From contig NW_004797581.1 in the NCBI RefSeq assembly GCF_000002075.1, positions 62,001 through 125,229 on the forward strand: DNA of 63,229 nt, read 5' to 3'. Position 1 is the first letter of the stretch, and every line of letters starts with the position of its first letter. Below, in pieces: positions 28,701 through 37,700 of the stretch. The notes beneath the pieces are model-generated. The model was not told the origin of the DNA, ran no database searches, and saw only the letters and a list, made by a program, of their open reading frames with translations. This stretch comes from Aplysia californica. Lineage: Eukaryota. The position numbers and the translations under genes are program-made.

Positions 28701-31700
28701 TGAACCATCAGGGGCCTCTTGGCTTAACCGCTCAACCTATTGTTTGTATCTTATTTGACCAATGGGTGACCTTTCATACCAACACTCGCATTGTTAACAT
28801 GCGCACATGTCCAAACGTGTGTCAGGGTCAGACAGGCGGCTAGCTCTTGTGTGACTGTGTGTGTTTGTCTCGGGGAGGGGGCACAAGCAGTCCGGGCGTG
28901 GAATATCAGTAGAGATACAAACACGTCACAGTATTTTTGTTTTCCCCGGCTACTGATCAGTATTACAATGACAAGCTAGTATTGACATAGATCTTCTTAA
29001 TGAATTGCACGCTGGACTGTGGAACCAAATGTTCGGCAAACAATATATTGTAGATGATAAATGACATGAGCGTGCATTTGAGCGAATCGGCCTTTTTGCA
29101 CAGTGTGTGCTTGGTAGAGTTCAGTGTATTTTCCTGGAATTTTCCAGCGTTTCTTTGGTATGGCATCAAAGAAATGAAAATGCCTCTCATTTGAAACCAA
29201 ACTGCTTTTGATTGAGAAAGTCAAATACATTACGCATTACTTGCTCTGTGCCTGTAATTATTACACGAAAACCTCATGTTTTCTATTAAGTACACTCAGA
29301 TTCAATGAAATTGAAGGTCTGGCCCGACGGCTTTGTTGAATCCGAGTTCCACTGTATATATAGTGAGAGAATGTAATGCATCATACATATTTTGTGTCGT
29401 AGAAGCTAATGCATGCTCATTGTCACTTTATCCAATGTAGGATAGAAAAAAATTAACTGAAAAGTTTCCGTGTCGTAAAGAGGGTACCAGTCACAATCCA
29501 AATTTTGAAATAAGTTAAGAAAAATGTGTTTTACAATCTTCTGAACTCATCACATTTCACATGTTGTAATTCTTTGCTCTGATGTCTTGTTCGTGGTCCA
29601 TGTTTGGCAGTGATAAGTGAGAGTTGGGATGACACAGTAACAGTCCCTATAAAACAGTGTGCTGCACTATGAAGACCAGCAACGGCATGTTTGTAGTTTG
29701 TATTGGTGGGATATTACCATGTATCATCGCACCGGTGCCACTGACTTTAGTGTCTTTAGGCCATTCCCATAGGGGGGACACTTCTCGTTCATGCACAGTA
29801 GGATTTTAAATGGGCTGATTCATCAATGTCTCATAACTGTGCCTGATCTTCAACAGGGAACTGCTGCTTTTTCTTTCCTAATCCTTACTATGGTAATTTT
29901 TCCTTTACTTCTTTTGTATGTTTATCTCTCTCTTGTGACCCGCTATTTCCGGGGTGCCTTGAAAGCCAAAACAGACTTTGTGCTGTTGAAGCTAGAGAGG
30001 TGAGTAGAGTAAGCCTGATTCCCTGCAAAAACTTCACTGTTGACGTCCACCCCTTGGCGCTCATATGACCTTATGCAGTTGCGAGTGCCGTAAAACCTCT
30101 ACTAAATAAAAAAAATACCTCATCGTGTATAGGTCGCCACTCTTTATTAAGAAATTAGGGCTTCATGGTCGCCCTGTGTCTTATCCATAAGAGAAGAAAT
30201 CAGACCCAAAAAACCCAGTGGGGGCAGACCAAGGGAACAAAGTCTGTGGGCCAGGTAATGGGTAAAATATGTAAAGCTTTTGCCAAAAAGCATGTTTGTA
30301 GACAAAAGCTGTGTTTTATTTTGCTTTGAAGTACAGTTATTAATAAAAAGTCAACAAACAAAGGTGATGGTGCTTGCCATGAAAATATTGGTGTGTCTTA
30401 TCCGATGTACACATGATTTATACCTAAGTTTTTTCTCTCAAGTCTACCTGCTTATTATCCATGCATGAGTCCTATACGCAATGATATACAGTATGTATTA
30501 TATAGCAAGAAATTATTGTAAGTATGTTTGTAAGTGGTTTGGGGGGGGGGGGGGGTGCTCTGGTGTAGTTTGACCTTCTTTCCTATCAAACATTATCGTC
30601 CTTTTCTTGCCTTCTTTTTTGTGTTTGTTACTCTCTTTTAATACCTTCAGTCTTCGGCACTTGTATGACCTAACTGTGTTGTAGGTGCTGTAAAGCACTC
30701 CCTAAAGCAAAATAAATTGGTGTGTGTGCCATTGTAAACCAAATGTCCTAATTAAAATGATCTTTCAAAGGGTAATTTGTTTGTTTGTTTTATTTACTCA
30801 TTTGACCTGCCTCTTGTGTTTCCCCCAACAGGACATTGTATCCTGGAAGTGCTAGCCTCGTACGGTCACCTTCAGCACGTTGTCTTCAGTCTTCTTAGCG
30901 GCAGACCAGTGCTAGTGGCTGGCTCAGGCCGCTTTGAGGCAGAGGTGGTCAAGATGATCAACGCCTTAGCCATATTTGTGCCCGTTGCACGCAGGTAGAA
31001 TAATTGTATGAATTGCGCTGGTGAGCTAGGCACTCGTCTAGTCACTTGTACATATAAGCTGATAACAAATTCTGCTGATTTATCTTTTATTATTGGTGCA
31101 TATATAGGTACTTATGACCTTTCTTTTCTTGTTTGTTACTCTTGAGTCATTTTTATTCCGACCTATTGAAAAAAATAAGTCAGTGTGGAGGTCGGTTGTT
31201 TCCTTGATTTCTGTATCGAGATTGCAAAGTAAAAAGTTATTAAAATGTTTATATGATTTAATTCAAGCTTTTTCACTACCGTTTTCTCAACTATAATATT
31301 TACAAGCTATTGACCTCAATGCAAACAAGAAAAATGAAAGCCTACACCTGAGGAGTGGATGTGACTCATGCCTTATCTATTTTTTTCAGCTACCTTACAG
31401 AAACCCTTTTTTCTTTTTTTCAGGAGGCGACATTCTGTGTTAGAATGGACTTCCAAACCCCTTAGAATTGGAGATTTGACCAAACTTCGGCTTGTTGGTA
31501 TATGCAGGCCTGAGAGGAAAACTTTAGATTCTTTTGTCACAAGTGCCATCAAGGTCAGTATATCAAGGAAAGAAAGGATTGTCACAAGTATATTATGAGA
31601 TCATTGTTACCCCTTGACTGTGCTATCGTCCTATATCATATGTCTGTACAATCTGTCCCCCCCCCCCCCAGTGTTCTGTAAACATATCTTGTGCAGCAGC

Positions 31701-34700
31701 TTAAATGTTTTGTTTCGTGTTTCTTTGATATTTAAACTACAACCAAGTTTTGAATAAAGGGAGCGGCATCCCTTAAGAGCTTATGGTTTTAGCTATGAAG
31801 TCATCTCTGTATATAGACTTTTTGACTGAAACAGCAGGTGATTACCAATAAAACAAAGAAGGGTGTGTTATTTTTATAATGCACATTGTGCAAGACAGTT
31901 GGAGCGGACTTGTTTAATGGGAGTGCTTATTCAGTTTTGGTATTTTGAAGTTACTTTCATCGCTATGGCTTGATCTACCTGGTCATGTCAATGTACTAAG
32001 CTATCTATTCATTTATTTCTATTGATATATATATTATATATATAGTTTGACTGTCAGTAACAGGAAGCACGAGCTTTGTGACTGCTAAAACCAAGCGAGA
32101 TGTGTTGTTTGTCTTGCACGAGACAGAGATGGGGCCAGTGCGTTGAATCAGTGCGATTGTTCAGTTTCAGTACCTTTATATGGTTTACATCCTAATAGTT
32201 TGTTCTTCCCAGGTGTTGTCAATGGATGAGGTCATCTATTTATTTATCTTTTTATTGATATATAGTTTTATTCACCTGTCTCTTAAATTAAGAGAACAAA
32301 AGTCGATTAAAGATTGTGACCGGCATCTTGTGCACGATTGAGTTTTCCTTTGCATGTGGGGTGCAAATATATGGTTAGAAGTCAAGAGGTTAAGATAGTT
32401 GCTGGAGTTTTAAGAATTATATTTCTACAAATGCAGCTGGTTTTTTGTTAGGTGGAAATCTTTGCTTAAAGACTGTGAGTGATGAGTGTTTGTTGTAAAT
32501 GCTTGTTCATTTTTAAGAGAAGGGGGATGGAAGTATGTGTTGATTTCTTGAAGTTTAGATCATATAGGATAGAGGAGATAGTTGTAGGTGTGCATTTTAG
32601 AGACAGTGTGTTGCTTCTTTTTTTTTTTTAAGAGAGGACAATTCTGAACTGAGAGAAAAAAATGGGCGAAAGAGATAGATAAAAGTTGTAGTGTTTTGAT
32701 ATTATGCTGTGTACATGTACATTTTGTATGCTAGAAGCTGATGAAAGCACACTGTTATTTTCTTCCTGTGAAGGAACAGTGTGGTGTATCCTAAGTTATT
32801 TTTCTGATGCCTCTCCCACAATTGATAAATATGAATACATCTCTGACTTTGAGCGGCAAGCTTTTATTTTCTGAAGCAAAATGCTGGAAGGCCTCAAGTT
32901 TGCCGAAATTTGTTTGAGGGTGAGCACTGGTGACAGTATAGCCACATGCATTTGTTTTTACGAGAAAGGGAAGGATACAGATGTTGTACACAGGAGACAT
33001 GTTAATCATAAAGTGTTTCAGCATATGTTTGAATTTAATGTTTCTTCTTATTCTGTCCACATAGAGAGCTTGCACCATCATCGATGTGGAGAGGAAAGTC
33101 ATTATTGCACCTCCATACCAGGTTAGTTCGTTTTTTTCTTTCTTTTGATTTTTAGTGATTCCCAAAGAAATCCACACATAAAACCATTTTGACTCTTCGC
33201 TTACGGAAAGTAGCATTGTTGCATTATCAGTATAGTAAGGTATTGACAGTTAGTTACCAACAGAGCTGAGGACCAAGCGGCTTTGAATTATTAAAAGTAC
33301 AGGTAAATTCACTTCACTCAACTGAAATAAAAAGTAAGTAATGCTTTATTTCAAGTCCAACATTAACAAATTGTTTTGGAGAAAATCTTGAATTATCAAG
33401 TAAAATTTTGTGTGTGTGTGTGTGTGTGTGGGGGGGGGGTTGCCAATTTGCCTATATCAAGCTCACTGTATATGGTTGAGTCTCAGTAGTATTTTACTCT
33501 GTTGGTAAGAGCATAATGTCTAAATACAAGTCTGTCTGGATAAGAGTTATGATGGATCTGAATCTTAATTACGTCCTTTTTTTTTTTTTTTTGGATTCAC
33601 TTGATTTCAGGGTCATCTAATTACGCAGTTGATGTCAAAACGAAAGGTTTTAAAAACGGATGTTCAGTTTCTGGCTTATCTTGAGTGGTAAGTATCATGA
33701 TTGTACATTATCGTTACTGGAAAGATCCGTATAAGGTCCTGGGTCCTGGTTGAGACCCGGGTTCCTTTATTTGTTGGAGTAAGAGGGCATTGTTCTTTTG
33801 CCTTAATTTGTATCTCATGTTGTTCTGCTCTGTGTAACTGATTTTTTTTTTATTTTCAACTCGCAAAAGAAAGAACTTACTGATATTTAAATGATGAGAG
33901 AAGTCACCACATATGCCTATCCTCACTTTATTATACGACTTATAGCATGGAATGATCAATTCATACAGCATTGTTGTTGAATAAAAATGAAAAAAACTTT
34001 GATACTCCTAAATGGAAATCATAATGTGAATCTTAAACATACGCAATTAGCTGCATCTGTTTGGTCTTAAAGTGGTTGAAATGGTTTAAATATACTGAGA
34101 AAATGTCATCTTTTCTGCTCTTTGTTAACATTAATTCTTTTCATCCCTTAACACCTGAGAATGGATTAGTTGAAGTTATATTATCTTTTATTGTACTTAA
34201 CTAGGAATAAAACTTTGTAAATGTGTATTTAGGTGGGAATGCATTTGTTTCAACTTATTGCCTGTTCAAATTTCAATGTAATGATGCTCTCTTTATAATG
34301 GCTGTAAATGAATATACACAAAGTAGTACCTGTAACTTTCTTTGTGTTAAGATTGGGATAGAATTGTAGTTCCACTCAGTCATCTGTTCACCCCCCCCCC
34401 CCCCCCCCCCCCCCGGGGCGGTGCCACTGATTGTAGTGTCTTTCAGCCATTCCCAAAAGGGGGACATTTCTCGTTCAAGCACAGTAGAATTGTAAATGGG
34501 CTGATTCATCATGTCCTGCTCATAACTGGGCTCGATATGCAACAGGGAACTGCTGCTTTTTCTTTCCTAATCCTTACTATTGTCATTTTCCTCTACTTCG
34601 TTCGTATGTTTGTCACACTCTTTTGACCCGCTATTTCTGGGGTGCCTTGATAGTCGAAGCAGACCTTGTGCTGTTGAAGCTAGAGAGGTGAGCAGAGTAA

Positions 34701-37700
34701 GTCTGATTTACTGTAAGGACTTCTCTGTTGACACCCACCCCTTGGCACTCATATGACCTTATGCAGTTGCGAGTGCCGTAAAACCCTCTACTAATTTTTT
34801 TTAAAAAAGTCATCTGTTCTTTGCTTTTCAGGTGGCTCATGGACATATTTGCCAAAGTGTTCATATTCTTTCATTCCTTTTGTCTTGGATCAGCAGGAAG
34901 TATACTTTAGTAAGTGACCTTTTTCCCCCCACCTTTATACTTTTGAGTTCAGTCTTGTGTATTTGCAATTTCCATCTATTTGACCCGTCTTTTCTAAATT
35001 GTATACATGCAGAAATGTTTTAAAAAAGAAAATGTTATAACTATTATTAGAACTCATTTTATTTGAACTCTATCTTTCTCTTGAGACTTTTCAGATTAGC
35101 CTTATAAAGTAAAGAAAAACACATGTCAGAAAGGGTTTTAATGCTTAATGAAAAAAAGAGCCTGCAGTATTCAGAACTTACCTCTTAGACATGCATTTTG
35201 TTCGTATCTTATATAAATTTTGTAGTTGTATTAATAAAATTTTCCCACCCTAAGAAGATGTGATTCTTTTTATGCTTTTCTGGGTTTTTTTGTCATGGCC
35301 TGTCCCTCTTTTGCACTGTTATTCAAGCGCAAATTGTGTTGGTTTTTTTTTTTTCAGGAACATGTTTCTTATTTTTCTCAAAGCATTGATTGTACAGTCA
35401 CCACAGTTTTTAACCTCCTCTCCTCTGCCTCAGCTCCCACAACCCGAGAGACCAGCGTGACGCCTACGGCCAGACTGTCAGTGGCATCATGACCAGGTTG
35501 GAGGTCAAAGACTCGGACTGTGAGATTGTGGAGGTCAGTTTTGTGGCAGTGATAAAGTGAGAGTATGTGAACATATACTTTTTTATTGCATTTTGATGAA
35601 CTAGACACAGATTTACCTAAGCGTCTAACCGCTACACCACAGCGGTTAGGCGCTTTGCTGTTCCACAAGTTTGATTCCTGAGAGGGGAGAAAATTTTCAT
35701 TTAGTATCTCTGTCTTTCTTCCGAGATGTATCCGTCTCAGTTCGGGTTGGCCCTGACAGGCAGGGTCGGAAGCCCACCTTGTAAATGATCCAAACTGTAT
35801 CTATAGGGGCATAAAGAAAACCTACATTTTGGTTTTAGAAAATGACATTGAATTGGAGATTTTGATGTCGAAAAACTAGGTCCCGTGTATGAAATGCCTC
35901 AAAAGGACTTCTTCAAGTTGTGACATTTTTTCTCAGTGACACACATAAAATATGTCAGGACGGTTAAGAACTAATCCAGACCCTTTTCAGATTTAAGCTT
36001 TACTCTTCTTCATGTTGAATTCATAACTGACTGTGTCACATTCACAGCACTTTTCCTAAAATTTATAAGTATATAAAGAGTAAAGTAGCTTAGATGCTTG
36101 CAAATAATTTTAAAATCATACCAGGCCCCCCGGGGTAGTGCCACTGACTGTAGTGTCTTTAGGCCATTCCCAAAGGGGGGACATTTCTTGTTCAAGCACA
36201 GTAGAATTGTAAATGGGCTGATTCCTGTCACGCTCATAACTGTGCCAGATCTACAACAGGGAACTGCTGCTTTTTCTTTCCTAATCCTTACTATTGTCAT
36301 TTTTCCTCTACTTCTTTTGTATGTTTGTCACTCTCTTGCGACCTGCTATTTCCGGGGTGCCTTGATAGTTGAAGCAGACCTTGTGCTGTTGAAGCTAGAG
36401 AGGTGAGCAGAATAAGTCTGATTCCCTGTAAAGACTTCTCTGTTGACACCCACCCCTTGATGCTCATATGACCTTATGCAGTTGCGAGCACCGTAAAACC
36501 CTCTACTATAAAATAAAATTTAAAAAATCATACCAGACGTACTGTTCAAACCAAAGTGATGTGCCTTTTTCGGCATGGGTATATGGTATGACTTTGATAG
36601 CTTTACCATTGAAAACCAATATCGTAACTAACTATATTTATAGTAAAATTATTCATGTGACATTGTACTGCATCTGTACATCTATTCCCTCCATTTCCAA
36701 TGAATTTGATTGTGATGATTATCTCTTATACATATATGGTTGATGGGTAGGGCCTACTCTGGAAAGTTTACTCCTACTTTTTTATTCCAGGGTCACTGTT
36801 TTTTTAATTTTTTTTCTTGGGCAAAATATGGCTGTTATTACTCTGACTCTACTCAACTTGCAGCTCTTTATTTTATTGCTCAATACATAATTGTATGCAG
36901 ACCTCATGTGGACATTGTTTGCAAAGTGCAAAGCTGAAGGTCAATCACAGCATTTTCACCATTTTCACCATTTTCATGTGCTCTAGCCCTGCATGCAGTT
37001 AATAGTTTCTTATAAGAGGGCACCACCAGTAGATATATGATCCTTCTTTTTTTGCCATCCCTTTGTGGCAGTTTCTCTCTGTTTGTCTTGCTTCTTTCCC
37101 TGTACTAAATGACTGTTTTTCTGTTGATGTGTGTGGGTGGTTAGCGGGTGCTCTGGTGTGGTTTGCTTCTTCTTTCCTATCAAGCATCTGTCGTCCTTAT
37201 CTCCCCTTCTTCTTTTTTATGTTTGTTACTCTCTTGTACCGTAACAGCTCTAATCTTCTGGCGCTCATATGACCTTATGCAGTTGCGAGCGCAATAAAAC
37301 CTCTACTAAAACTAAAACTGTTGATGTGCCTCGCTTGGACTGGAACAAACTCTAACCTAAGTGGATTACCCCTTATTCATTTCACAGTACTTGACTGAGG
37401 TGGCTAAAATTTCTAGATTGGAGCCTCATGTATGGCATGGATCAGATCCAGGTGAGAGAATAAACTTCTCCTTTTTTTTTTCTTTCTTACTCTTGTTTCT
37501 TCTTTTTCTTTCTTTTTTTCTTCCTTTACTTTTTCTTCTTTTTTCTCACTTTACTTTTTCTTCTTTTTTTCTTTATCTTCTTTTTCTTCGGATTTCCCCT
37601 CCATTTATTGGTTGATCGACTCTAAATGGAACTTACCCCTTCCCCTTTCAGTCTGCTTGTCTTTATAAGTAATGCTGATCAGATTTTTTTCATACACTTT

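Noticed and set aside
36098-36406. Recurring hydrophobic ORF in family B (and A) copies
   Set aside because: The frame is not kept across copies, and the hydrophobicity follows from the pyrimidine-rich body.
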